Shown: in pieces, positions 40,533 through 51,953 of the stretch
Position numbering within the stretch: the stretch's first letter is position 1
How the letters are laid out: each line of letters opens with the position of its first letter
NCBI GenBank assembly: GCA_963725665.1
Contig: CAVRZA010000004.1
Location: 512,001 to 576,000, forward strand
DNA length: 64,000 nt
Direction: 5' to 3'
Source: an uncultured Actinomycetes bacterium
GTDB taxonomy: Bacteria > Actinomycetota > Thermoleophilia > UBA2241
Position numbers and translations under genes: made by a program
Notes under the pieces: model-generated
Databases searched by the model: none
What the model saw: the letters and a program-made list of their open reading frames with translations, nothing else
Told to the model about the DNA's origin: nothing

Positions 40533-41339
40533 GTGAGTAGATGGAGAGTGCTCCTCGTCACGACGATACTCTGCGCGGCGCTCGCTCTTCTAGCGAGTAG
40601 CCCCGCGCAGGCGAGCTCGACGCTCGCCAAGTTGCGCCACGCGCGGCATGACCTGCGTGCGGCGACGCTGCACTTGCGCCAGTACCGGGCCATGCTGCGG
40701 GCGATGCTCGCGGCACAGACCGCGGCGGACAGCGGATCGGGCAGCCAGACCACGACCGAGGCGACACCGTCGGCGGCGCCTGATGCGTCTCCCTCACCCG
40801 TCAGCGACCCCTCTGTGAGTGCGACCCCTGATCCCTCCGCGAGCGCGGCGCCGAGCCCCGACCCGTCGCCCACCATGAGCCCCTCGCCTGACCTCGGTGT
40901 CCCGGGCACGGTCGCGGCGCCGGGCGCGCCGCTCACGATCGACCAGCTGCGGGCGAAGATCGTGCGCGTGAAGGTGCGCGTGCATCGCCTGCGCCACACG
41001 GTGTTGCGCCTCGCGCATCGTCTCGCGGTCGAACGCGCCACGGCCAGGGGCTACTACGTGCCGCTGATCCGCGACGTCGCCCGCCGCAACGGGATCAGTG
41101 CCGCCGGGCTGTACGGGATGATGATCCTCGAGTCGGGTGGGCGGGAGACGGCCGTCGGCGGCGGCGGCGCCTACTTGGGGCTCTTCCAGTACAGCTGGAG
41201 AACCTGGCACGGCGCCTGGAACGGGTGGCGGACGAGCAGCGTCTTCAATCCCGCGGCGCAGATCAGGGCGACCGCGCGTGCCCTGCGTCTGGGCTACGGC
41301 CCGAGCATGTGGCCGAACACCTATTGGAGGGCCTTCTAG
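40533..41339 (+). CDS. Secreted lysozyme-fold / lytic transglycosylase (Rpf/SLT-like) with a Ser/Pro linker
   Basis: Signal peptide ending AQA, helical segment, (S/D)P repeats, catalytic-type ILESGG, GLFQY, TW, AQIRA; SD GAAAGGAA. Confidence 0.75.
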   Translation: MSRWRVLLVTTILCAALALLASSPAQASSTLAKLRHARHDLRAATLHLRQYRAMLRAMLAAQTAADSGSGSQTTTEATPSAAPDASPSPVSDPSVSATPDPSASAAPSPDPSPTMSPSPDLGVPGTVAAPGAPLTIDQLRAKIVRVKVRVHRLRHTVLRLAHRLAVERATARGYYVPLIRDVARRNGISAAGLYGMMILESGGRETAVGGGGAYLGLFQYSWRTWHGAWNGWRTSSVFNPAAQIRATARALRLGYGPSMWPNTYWRAF

Positions 41340-41372
41340 GATTCTCACGGCCTGTCACCAGCAGCAGGAGTC

Positions 41373-41409
41373 GGGGCGGGCGGCGCTCTTGCAGAGGGCC
41401 GCCCGCCCC
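41373..41409. terminator. GC-rich hairpin between the convergent transglycosylase and tRNA-Leu
   Basis: GGGGCGGGCGGC-GCTCTTGCAGAGG-GCCGCCCGCCCC. Confidence 0.65.
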
Positions 41410-41511
41410 CATCGTTTCGGCGCTCGGAAAGGTCTGGTTGGCAATCAGCCGGCACAGCGCTGGGAGCGTGGCCGGTCTCTGGCGCGGGGAGAACGGCGAG
41501 CGGAGAAGGGG

Positions 41512-41598
41512 TGGTCGCCGGCCCGGGAATCGAACCCGGAAGCCCTCTCGGGCACGCGATTTTGAGTCGCGCGCGTCTACCAGTTCCGCCAGCCGGCG
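41512..41598 (-). tRNA. tRNA-Leu(CAA), long variable arm, C1:G72
   Basis: CGCCGGC TG GCGGAACTGGTAGACGC G CGCGA CTCAAAA TCGCG TGCCCGAGAGGGCTT CCGGG TTCGATT CCCGG GCCGGCG A CCA; TGgTACAAT promoter at 41609-41617. Confidence 0.95.
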
Positions 41599-41739
41599 AT
41601 GGCGCATCATTGTACCAGCCTCTCAGGCGTGGCGGCTGCCTTGCGCCGCGCCTCCCGGTCGAGCGGCGAACGTGCTCCTTCTCGTCGCTGTGTCGATGGT
41701 GGGGCAGGGAGAGCTCGTTCGCGGCGGGCGGCGGCTCGG

Positions 41740-42729
41740 CTACGGTGTGAAGCGACGACCTCCGGCGAATTCGCTGCTGTAGGGCTGCGTCTGGAGCGAC
41801 GTCACCTGGACCGCGGTGCCAGTCCGCGGCGCGTGGATCATCTTGCCATCGCCCACGTACATGCCGACGTGGTGGATGACGCCTGAGGAGTTGCGGAAGA
41901 AGACCAGATCGCCGCGCCGCAGCGACGAGCGCGCGGCGATCTTGACGCCCTTGAGGAACTGCGCGTCGGCATCGCGCGGCAGTGTCTTGCCGAGGGCTTG
42001 ATACACCGAGTAGGTGAGGCCCGAGCAGTCGACGGCGAATCCCGACGTGCCTGCCCAGAGGTAGCCCAGGCCGAGGAACCGCTTCGCCTCCGTCACGAGC
42101 TTGTCGCCCGTCAGCCCCGGCCAAGGCGCGCCCACCTCGTGCAAGACGACCACCGAACGCCGCAAGAAGGTGTGACGGCCGCCCAGAAGAACGACCTCTA
42201 CGGCGGCGTCGGTCGACGACACGACGCGCAGCCGGGTGCCGTACGAGAGCAGCATCACCTTGCTCGTCCACGCCGGCGTGGTCCACAGCCACGTCGTGCG
42301 ACGCTTCACGATCGCAACAGACGAGGTGCTCTGCGGCGCGGCGTCGGTGAGCTGCGCGGTGGGGACCCATCCGGGGTAGCCCAGGGAGTTGCGCGGCGTC
42401 GGCTGGCTGGGCACGGCGATCTTCGACCAGCGCCCGGATGTGCCGAGCAGGTACACCCTCGTGCCGTAGAGCGCCTGCGTCTCGAGCTTGCCGACCAGCC
42501 AGCGCTTCTGTTGGATGCTCATGCCCGCGACCCACGCGCGCGGATGCGCCGGGTCGCCGAGTGACGGCGCATCGACGCCCCGGGCGATGCCGGGCTCCGT
42601 CCACAGGGTAGCGGCCGAGACGGAGATCCACCTGGAGGGCGGCGGTGAAGCCGCCGTCGGGCCGGCGAGCGCGGCGCACGCGACGAGCACGAGGGGGCTC
42701 AGCATCGCCAGTAACCGGGGCGTCATCAT
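41740..42729 (-). CDS. Secreted NlpC/P60 peptidase with SH3b-like domains (YkfC-like)
   Basis: Signal peptide; ETQALYG, YPGWVP, YLWAGTSGFAVDCSG, LPRDA, GDLVFF, HHVGMY, MIHAP. Confidence 0.92.
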   Translation of the reverse strand: MMTPRLLAMLSPLVLVACAALAGPTAASPPPSRWISVSAATLWTEPGIARGVDAPSLGDPAHPRAWVAGMSIQQKRWLVGKLETQALYGTRVYLLGTSGRWSKIAVPSQPTPRNSLGYPGWVPTAQLTDAAPQSTSSVAIVKRRTTWLWTTPAWTSKVMLLSYGTRLRVVSSTDAAVEVVLLGGRHTFLRRSVVVLHEVGAPWPGLTGDKLVTEAKRFLGLGYLWAGTSGFAVDCSGLTYSVYQALGKTLPRDADAQFLKGVKIAARSSLRRGDLVFFRNSSGVIHHVGMYVGDGKMIHAPRTGTAVQVTSLQTQPYSSEFAGGRRFTP

Positions 42730-42733
42730 GGCG

Positions 42734-43957
42734 CTAGCCCGCCGCGCTCGCGAGTCGCCACTCGTCCGCGACGATGACCGGCACCTCGTCTCCGCCGGCC
42801 GTCACCCCCAGGACGCTCACCTCGGGTCCCCCGATCATGGCGTCCTGATGGATGCGCGAGCGGTTCACGCCGCGCGCCACGTCGTCCTCGGGCTTTGCGG
42901 CGGGACGCTCGTCCACCGAATCTCCCCAGGCGATGTGGCAGGCTGCGTTCTCGTCGAGTAGGGTGTCTTTGTAGGTGAGCCCGACGCGGCCGATGCGCGA
43001 CGAGCCGTCGACGAGGGCCACCTCCCCCAAGCGCGCCGCACCCTCGTCTTCGCCGAGCTGCACGCGTACCATCTCGGCGTTCGCCGCGGCGCGCACCTCG
43101 ACGATTCGTCCCTCCTCGAAACGCAGCTCGAGACCTTCCACGAGGGCGCCGTTGACCTCGATGGGGCGTGTGGCGGCGGCCGTGCCCGTCACACCCCTGA
43201 AGTCGGGCGCGGCGAAGACCTCTTCGGTGGGCAGGTTGCAGACGTAGGGTCGGCCCCACGTGGTGGTCTGCCACGCCGACTGCCAGGCACACTCTGGGTT
43301 GAGCGTGACGGTGAGGTCGGTCTTGCCGCCGACGAAGCGCAGGGCGCTGAAGGCGGCTTCGTTCAGCTCCGCCACACGCTGAGCCAGCCTCGTGTGTTGC
43401 TGCCCCCAGGCCGCGACAGGATCTGGCTCGTCGAGTCTCGCGATGTAGCTCAGGTCGCTCCAGAACCGTCCGACGTCGGGCTCCCCGTAGACGCGCTCGG
43501 CCCAGCCGGGGGTGGGGCAGGCGCACACGCACCAGTTGATGCCGGCGTTGACGAAGCGCAGGATCTGCTCCGATTGGGCCGCCCGTAACGAGCTGACGCG
43601 TCTCACGGGCGCCCCCGTGAAGGGATCGTCGCTCGAGTCGCCGTAGGTCCTCACACGCGCCCAGCGCTCCTCGATGGCCACGTCGATCATCTGCGAGAAC
43701 CAAGGCGCGAGCTGGCCGGCCAGCTCGTCGTCGGGGGCGTTGATGAGCTGAGCCCGGTCGACGCGGCCGTCGAAGTAGTGGACGTAAGCGATGGAGGCTC
43801 CGTGGACGTAGGCGCGCTCCGCCAAAGCGCCCAGCAGGTCCTGATGCTCGACGGCGCCCATGAGCAGGACCTTCTGTCCTTGCTCCACGTTGACCCCGCA
43901 GCGCAAAACGACGTCGGCGTACGCCTGAAGCAGCTCCGGATCGGTGACCGTTGTCAT
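42734..43957 (-). CDS. Aminopeptidase, family M29 (AmpS/AmpT)
   Basis: YADVVLRCGVNV, NLPTEEVF, LGEVALV, LLDENAACHIAWG, NRSRIHQD. Confidence 0.93.
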   Translation of the reverse strand: MTTVTDPELLQAYADVVLRCGVNVEQGQKVLLMGAVEHQDLLGALAERAYVHGASIAYVHYFDGRVDRAQLINAPDDELAGQLAPWFSQMIDVAIEERWARVRTYGDSSDDPFTGAPVRRVSSLRAAQSEQILRFVNAGINWCVCACPTPGWAERVYGEPDVGRFWSDLSYIARLDEPDPVAAWGQQHTRLAQRVAELNEAAFSALRFVGGKTDLTVTLNPECAWQSAWQTTTWGRPYVCNLPTEEVFAAPDFRGVTGTAAATRPIEVNGALVEGLELRFEEGRIVEVRAAANAEMVRVQLGEDEGAARLGEVALVDGSSRIGRVGLTYKDTLLDENAACHIAWGDSVDERPAAKPEDDVARGVNRSRIHQDAMIGGPEVSVLGVTAGGDEVPVIVADEWRLASAAG

Positions 43958-44278
43958 CCGCTCCCACTCGCGCGATGGTGAGCTCCTATCTTATCGCCCC
44001 GCACGTCCCGTACCGGCCGGACGGGTCGGTGGACTACCGCACGGGCGGCGGCCCTGTGGCTCGGTCCGGCTTGCATCCGCCTCGCGTCGGCCTATCGTGG
44101 AGGTGCGAGGAGCGGAGCGTCGCGGCTCGGCTCGTTCCGTCGCGGCTCGGCCTGGGCGAAGCTTTCGACGCCCAAGGGTCGTCGAAAGACACGAAAGGCC
44201 GATAGCGGGAACACTCACGCGGGCGCCACCGGGTGCCTCGATGGGGCCTGCCGCTGCGAACTGTGAGGTCGAAAGCCG

Positions 44279-45886
44279 ATGAACGAGGACGACGAAGGAA
44301 CGGGCAGCGCCCGAGGCGCAGGCGCCGGGAGCGGGGGCGCGCTCGGGAGCCGGTCGCGACGAGCCCGTGGGCCGCGGCCGTGGCGCTTGATCGCGCTGGC
44401 GCTCGCCTGCGCTGCCGTCGCATCTGTGGTCACGCTCGTCGCGACCGGCTCGCAGCGCGCCCCCGCGGCGGCTCCCGAGACGGCGACGATGCTGACCGTC
44501 AGCGGGCGGGGGTGGGGCCACGGCATCGGTCTGAGCCAGTGGGGCGCCTTCGGGTACGCGACGAAGACGAAGCTGACCTACCGTCAGATCCTCAGCCACT
44601 ACTACAAGGGCATAGGCTTCGGCAGCAGCACGAACCGCATCGTGCGGGTTCTCCTCAACGACGCCCGGCCGAGGGTCTACATCTCCTCGAGCGCGACCTT
44701 CACGATCAGCGACGGCGTCAAGAAGAAGAGTATCCCTGGCGGCCGCAGGGCACGCATCGTGTGGGACGCCGCGCGCAGCGCGAGTCACGTCACCTGGGGC
44801 GTCAGCGGCGCCTACTTCACGGGTCGCCTGGTCGCGCACCCGGGGACCCGACCCCTGCTGCTCGTGGGCGCGAACCAGAACGGCAGCAGCGGCGTCCACT
44901 ACCGGGGCGCGCTCTGGGTCCACCACCTCGCCGCGGGCTACGCGATCGTCAACCATCTTTCGCTGGAGAGCTACCTCTACGGCGTCATGCCGCACGAGTC
45001 CCCGGCGTGGTGGCCGGCGCGGGCGCTCAAGGTGCAGGCCGTGGCGGCGCGCTCCTACGCCGTCGTCTCGCTCAAGACCGGGGGCCAGTTCGACGTCTAC
45101 TGCACGACGCGCAGCCAGGTTTACGACGGCATCGACGGCAGGGGCGGCGAGCAGGCGGCGACCACGTCGGCCGTCGACGCGACGCGAGGTGTCGTGGCCA
45201 CCTATGGCGGAAAGGTCATCACGGCGTTCTTCTTCTCCACCTCGGGTGGCCGCACGGAGAACATCGAGAACGTGTGGCCGGGCGCCAGCCCGGCGCCTTA
45301 CCTCAAGAGCGTCTCCGACCCGTATGAGACCCAGGATGCCGCTGGTCGCACCGGCTCCCCCTACCACGTCTGGCAGCAGCCGGTGCGTTTCAGCGAGGCG
45401 CAGCTAGACGCCGCGCTCGGGCTGAGCGGTCCGCTCACCGCCATCGCGGTGACCGAGCGCGGCGTCTCGCACCGTGTCGTGACGGCTCTCATCGTGCAGG
45501 GCGACAGCGGCCAGGCTATCAGCGGCGACACACTGCGCTCGAAGCTAGGCCTGCGTTCCACCTGGTTCGACCTGCGCACCGTCTCCATCACCCCGGCGGG
45601 GAACACGCCGCCGACGATCGCCCCTAGCGGCAGCGTGACGCTCTCGGGTTCCGTCTACCCCGCTCTCGCTGCCGGGGAGACAGCGATCCTTCACCACCGT
45701 GCCGAGGGGAAGACGGACTGGCTGACGACGAGCGTCGCGACGACGCCGGGCTCGACGACGGTCGATGGGGCGGCCATCGACTTCTCGACGTGGTCATTCG
45801 AGGCCTCGCCGTCTTCGACCACGACCTACTACCTCTCCGTGGGCTCGGCCGAGTCGCCACGGACGACCGTCACCGTCAGCCCGTAG
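44279..45886 (+). CDS. SpoIID/LytB domain peptidoglycan hydrolase
   Basis: N-terminal TM; GRGWGHGIGLSQWGA...ILSHYY, YRG, LESYLYGVMPHE, ALKVQAVAARSYA, SQVY, SGGRTE, LRST. Confidence 0.9.
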   Translation: MNEDDEGTGSARGAGAGSGGALGSRSRRARGPRPWRLIALALACAAVASVVTLVATGSQRAPAAAPETATMLTVSGRGWGHGIGLSQWGAFGYATKTKLTYRQILSHYYKGIGFGSSTNRIVRVLLNDARPRVYISSSATFTISDGVKKKSIPGGRRARIVWDAARSASHVTWGVSGAYFTGRLVAHPGTRPLLLVGANQNGSSGVHYRGALWVHHLAAGYAIVNHLSLESYLYGVMPHESPAWWPARALKVQAVAARSYAVVSLKTGGQFDVYCTTRSQVYDGIDGRGGEQAATTSAVDATRGVVATYGGKVITAFFFSTSGGRTENIENVWPGASPAPYLKSVSDPYETQDAAGRTGSPYHVWQQPVRFSEAQLDAALGLSGPLTAIAVTERGVSHRVVTALIVQGDSGQAISGDTLRSKLGLRSTWFDLRTVSITPAGNTPPTIAPSGSVTLSGSVYPALAAGETAILHHRAEGKTDWLTTSVATTPGSTTVDGAAIDFSTWSFEASPSSTTTYYLSVGSAESPRTTVTVSP

Positions 45887-45939
45887 GTCGCGTCGGGCTT
45901 CCTGCAGGCGCCCTGCCCGCGACGCGAGTGCTCAGGTGC

Positions 45940-47409
45940 TCAGAGTAGCGTCGAAACGGCGCGCTCGATGAGCCGGATCAGTGGCGTCGGATAGACACCG
46001 AAGACGACGATGAAGACCGTGAGCGCCCCGAGCACGATGCTCGCGCTCAAGGGGGCGGCGACCTCGGCCGGGGCGCTCGCCGCCCCGGCCGCCACGCCGC
46101 CCTCGGCTGGCTCGCGCCGCGCCACGTACATGGCGACCACGATCCTCGTGTAGTAGTAGAGGCCGACCGTGCTCGTCAGCACGAGGACGATGATGAGACC
46201 CCACAGGGCGGAGCCGCTACCCGCCGTGACCACGTAGAACTTGCCCAGGAAGCCGGCGGTGAGCGGTATCCCGGCGAGCGAGAAGAGCGCCACTGCCATG
46301 ATGCCGGCGAGCCAGGGATGACGGCCCGCGAGCCCGCGGTAGTCGTCCATGTCCTCGGCGTCACGCTCCCCGGTCGAGAGCGCTCCGACGACCCCGAACG
46401 CCGCCAGGTTGGTCGCGGTGTACGCGACGAGGTAGAAGGTGACCGCCGTCGCCGCGCGCTCGCCGGTGGCGAGGAAAGCCACCAGCAGGTAGCCGAGGTG
46501 GGCGATCGAGGAATAGGCGAGGATGCGCTTGACGTTGTCCTGCAGTAGCGCGAGCAGGTTGCCGGCGACCATGGAGGCGACGGCGATGCCGGCGAAGACG
46601 AGGAAGAGCGTCGAGCCCTGGTCGAGGCTGACGCCGCGGAAGTAGCGCAGGAGCAGCGCGAACACCGCCCCCTTCGAGACGGTGGCGATGTAGGCCGTCA
46701 CCGGCGCCGGCGCCCCCTGGTAGATGTCCGGCGTCCACATGTGGAAGGGCACGACGGCGAGCTTGAAGCCGACCCCCACGAGGATCAGCACGACACCGAG
46801 GGCCACAACGGCGTCGAGGCCGCCGAGGCCTCTGGTCACCAGTGCACCCACGCCTGCGGCCGTCATCGTCCCGCCGACCGCGTACACGAGGGCCATGCCG
46901 AACAGGAGGAACGCGGAGGTGACCCCGGCGAGAACGAGGTACTTGACGGCCGCCTCGACGAACTGTGTGCGCACGAGAGGGTAGACGATCAGCGCGTACA
47001 GCGACACGCTGAGGAGCTCCAGGCCGAGGAAGAACGAGGCGAAGTGCGTGCTCGCCACCATGGCGGCGCCGCCCAGCGTGGCCGTGAGCGAGAGGACGTA
47101 GTACTCCTCCGGCCGGATGTCGTGGCGGCGCAGATAGCTGTACGAGAGCAGCGCGACGGCGCCGGTGGCCACGCTCAGGAGGCCGATATAGAAGAGGGCG
47201 TAGGTGTCCATCGTGACGAGCGGCGTGACGGTGCGCGGCTCGCGGGCGGCGGCGACGAAGAGCAGGGCCACGGCGGCCGCCAGGCCGAGCAGCGTGAGCA
47301 CGAGCGCCAGGAGGTGGGAGCGCACGAAGGCCGCCGCCAGCATGACCACCACCGGCGCCACGATGAGCGCGATCAGGGGCGCGAGGGTGATGAGGTCGGA
47401 GGCGCTCAC
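45940..47409 (-). CDS. nuoN: NADH-quinone oxidoreductase subunit N
   Basis: LGLELLS, EAAVKY, FKLAVVPFHMWTPDIYQGAP, KRILAYSSIAHLGY, SLAGIPLTAGF. Confidence 0.95.
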   Translation of the reverse strand: MSASDLITLAPLIALIVAPVVVMLAAAFVRSHLLALVLTLLGLAAAVALLFVAAAREPRTVTPLVTMDTYALFYIGLLSVATGAVALLSYSYLRRHDIRPEEYYVLSLTATLGGAAMVASTHFASFFLGLELLSVSLYALIVYPLVRTQFVEAAVKYLVLAGVTSAFLLFGMALVYAVGGTMTAAGVGALVTRGLGGLDAVVALGVVLILVGVGFKLAVVPFHMWTPDIYQGAPAPVTAYIATVSKGAVFALLLRYFRGVSLDQGSTLFLVFAGIAVASMVAGNLLALLQDNVKRILAYSSIAHLGYLLVAFLATGERAATAVTFYLVAYTATNLAAFGVVGALSTGERDAEDMDDYRGLAGRHPWLAGIMAVALFSLAGIPLTAGFLGKFYVVTAGSGSALWGLIIVLVLTSTVGLYYYTRIVVAMYVARREPAEGGVAAGAASAPAEVAAPLSASIVLGALTVFIVVFGVYPTPLIRLIERAVSTLL

Positions 47410-49082
47410 GGCTGTTCCGTACCGGTCTGCGTGTCGGTCGGTCCTGTAGCCGAGGTCCGCGCTGAAGCCTGTGACCAGGTCGCCGCCGCCTGCGCGTCCG
47501 GCGGCAGCAGCCCGGTCTCCCATTCCCTCATGGTCGGCAGCACCTTGTCGTTGACCATCGAGGTGATGTCGGCCTGCGACTGCGCGGCGTAGATGGGCAC
47601 GTTGGCAGCGTTGATGACCGGCTGTGGGTAGAAGCCGAGGAACACGAGGGCTGCGATGAGCGAGGCGAACATGCCGATCTCGCGCGGCCGCAGGTCCGCG
47701 AAGCGCCAACCGTGCGTTTCCTTCCCCTGGAAGGCGCGCTGCACCATCCAGAGCGCGTACACGGTGGCGAACACGAGCCCGATCGCACCCAGTACGGCCG
47801 CCCACTTCGAGACCTGCCAGGTGCCGGTGAGGATCAGGAACTCGGCGATGAAGTTGCCCAGGCCTGGGAGGCCCAGGGAGGCGAGGGCGAAGAAGAGGCC
47901 GGTGCCGCCCATTCTGGGGACGACGCTCCAGAGCCCGCCCATGCGCTCCATATCGCGTGTATGCATGCGCTCCATCATCGAGCCGACGAGGAGGAAGAGG
48001 GCGCCTGTGGAGAAGGCGTGGCAGACGATCTCCAGCACTACGCCTGCCAGGGCCAGCGGCGTCCAGGCGAAGATGCCCAGCAATACGAAGCCCATGTGGC
48101 TGACGCTCGTGTAGGCCACCAGGCGCTTGAGGTCGGTCTGCGCGTAGGCCAGCACGGCGCCGTAGATGATGCCGATCACCGCCAGGATCATGCCCCAGGT
48201 GCGAAAGTCGTGCAGCGCCGCCCAGGGGAAGAGGGGCACCATGAAGCGCAGCATGCCGTAGGCGCCGACTTTGATGAGCACGCCGGCCAAGATGACCGAG
48301 CCGGCCGTGGGCGCCTCCGTGTGCGCGTCGGGCAGCCAGCTGTGCACGGGGAACGCCGGCAGCTTCACGGCGAAGGCGGCGAAGAAGCCGAGCATGAGCC
48401 AGAACGCGGTGCCGGTCGCCATCTTCGTCCCCACGAGCTGGGTGAAGTCGAACGTGTAGATGCCCGTCGAGCGACCGTGGATGAAGTACAGGGCCAGGAT
48501 GGCGACGAGCATCAGGAGACCGCTCACCTGGGTGAAGATGAAGAACTTGATCGCCGAGTAGATGCGCCGCTCGTAGCCCCAGACGGCGATGATGAAGTAC
48601 ATGGGGACGAGCATCATCTCGAAGAAGAAGTAGAAGAGGAAGAGGTCGAGGGCCATGAAGACGCCGGCCAACGCAGCCGTCGTCCAGAGCAGCATGAAGT
48701 GGAAGAAGCCGGCGCGCTCGGTGATCCCCCGCCATGAGGAGAGAACGGCCAGCAGACCGAGGCCGAACGTGAGAACGAGCAGGATGAGCGTGAGCCCGTC
48801 GGCGGCGAGCAGGAAGCTGATGCCGAGCTGGGGTATCCAGTCCAGGCGCACGTGAGTGATCCATGACGCCTGCGAGGTCTCCACCGCGGTCTGCGCCGTC
48901 GCTAACGCGGACCAGTCCGAGATCGAGGCGCGCTGGACGATCCACTGGGCGACGACGAGCGCCAGCGGCGCCGCCGTCGCGACCACGGCCGTCCAGCGCG
49001 CCAGCGACGGTCGCGCCCGCCCTAGCAGCCAAGCGACCGGCGCGGCCGCGGCGGGGATGAGGATGTAGGCGAGCAGGATCAC
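47406..49082 (-). CDS. nuoM: NADH-quinone oxidoreductase subunit M
   Basis: FFEMMLVPMY, KLPAFPVHSWLPDAHTEAPTAGS, KRLVAYTSVSHMG, GLPGLGNFIAE. Confidence 0.96.
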   Translation of the reverse strand: MILLAYILIPAAAAPVAWLLGRARPSLARWTAVVATAAPLALVVAQWIVQRASISDWSALATAQTAVETSQASWITHVRLDWIPQLGISFLLAADGLTLILLVLTFGLGLLAVLSSWRGITERAGFFHFMLLWTTAALAGVFMALDLFLFYFFFEMMLVPMYFIIAVWGYERRIYSAIKFFIFTQVSGLLMLVAILALYFIHGRSTGIYTFDFTQLVGTKMATGTAFWLMLGFFAAFAVKLPAFPVHSWLPDAHTEAPTAGSVILAGVLIKVGAYGMLRFMVPLFPWAALHDFRTWGMILAVIGIIYGAVLAYAQTDLKRLVAYTSVSHMGFVLLGIFAWTPLALAGVVLEIVCHAFSTGALFLLVGSMMERMHTRDMERMGGLWSVVPRMGGTGLFFALASLGLPGLGNFIAEFLILTGTWQVSKWAAVLGAIGLVFATVYALWMVQRAFQGKETHGWRFADLRPREIGMFASLIAALVFLGFYPQPVINAANVPIYAAQSQADITSMVNDKVLPTMREWETGLLPPDAQAAATWSQASARTSATGPTDTQTGTEQP

Positions 49083-49086
49083 GCCG

Positions 49087-50979
<1,893 letters not shown>

Positions 50980-50981
50980 CG

Positions 50982-51290
50982 CTAGCCCTTCATCTCGTCG
51001 GCGGCGTCGACGTCGAGACGCCCGAAGAGCTGTCTGAAGCGGATCGCCAGCGCGAGGCCGACGGCCACCTCGGCGGCGGCCATGGCGAGGATGAACAGGA
51101 ACATGACCTGGCCGTCCGCCTTGCCCCAGCGAGCGCCGGCCACGACGAAGGCCAACCCCGCCGCGTTGAGCATGATCTCGATCGAGGCGAGCACGATGAT
51201 CAGGTTACGGCGCACGAGCACGCCGATGAGCCCGAGAAGAAAGAGGATGGCGGCTAGGACGAGCCCGACGTCGAGCGGCACGTGCGCCAT
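50982..51290 (-). CDS. nuoK: NADH-quinone oxidoreductase subunit K
   Basis: GVLVRRN, SIEIMLNAA, DGQV, AAAEVAVGLA. Confidence 0.95.
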   Translation of the reverse strand: MAHVPLDVGLVLAAILFLLGLIGVLVRRNLIIVLASIEIMLNAAGLAFVVAGARWGKADGQVMFLFILAMAAAEVAVGLALAIRFRQLFGRLDVDAADEMKG

Positions 51291-51901
51291 CAGGCACCAC
51301 CTCCGGCGACCAGCGCTTCGCGCTCGTCCGGCGAGGGCGTCCCGCCGTCTGCCGGCTCCGCCCCGTCGTCGCCCGGTCCGACCCGTTCGTCTGCGTCCAC
51401 GCCCGACTCCCAGCCGGGCAGCTTCTCGCCGCGCCGTCCACCGATGTGGCGCGCGCCGATGAGCGCCGCGAGGAGGAGCATCGAGGCGAGCTCGACACCG
51501 AGTACGTAGGGACCGAAGAGCGACTGGCTCACGGCCTGTGGCCCGACGACGCCGGTGTGCAGCGTGTGGTCGGCCGCCCCCACGCCGTAGATGACTTCGA
51601 CGAGGAGCACTGCGGCCAGGATGCCCGGCCCGGCCCAATAGCGCGCCGGCACGCGCAGCGCGTCGTCGGCGCGCAGGTTGAGGAGCATGACGGCGAAGAG
51701 GAAGAGCATCATGATGGCGCCGGCGTAGACGATCACCTCGAGTGCGGCCACGAAAGGCGCTCCGAGCGTGTAGAAGATGACCGCCACGGCGAACAGCGAC
51801 ACGACGAGGTACAGCAGGGCGTGCACGAGGTTGTGGCGCGTGATCACGAGGATCGTCGCGATCACGGCGACCACGGCCGCGATGTAGAAGAGCCATGTCA
51901 T
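51290..51901 (-). CDS. nuoJ: NADH-quinone oxidoreductase subunit J
   Basis: NLVHALLYL, EVIVYAGAIMMLFLF, LFGPYVLGVELAS. Confidence 0.95.
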   Translation of the reverse strand: MTWLFYIAAVVAVIATILVITRHNLVHALLYLVVSLFAVAVIFYTLGAPFVAALEVIVYAGAIMMLFLFAVMLLNLRADDALRVPARYWAGPGILAAVLLVEVIYGVGAADHTLHTGVVGPQAVSQSLFGPYVLGVELASMLLLAALIGARHIGGRRGEKLPGWESGVDADERVGPGDDGAEPADGGTPSPDEREALVAGGGA

Positions 51902-51953
51902 CGCCGGCGCACCGTGCCTGCCCGGGTGTCTGTCTGGGTGGTCATCCTCGTCC

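Noticed and set aside
44150-44282. c-di-GMP-I riboswitch or sigma-28 promoter upstream of the SpoIID gene
   Set aside because: Only partial resemblance (GAAA loop, GCCGATAG); the GGCAAA/GACGCAAAGC core and a correctly spaced TAAA -35 are missing.
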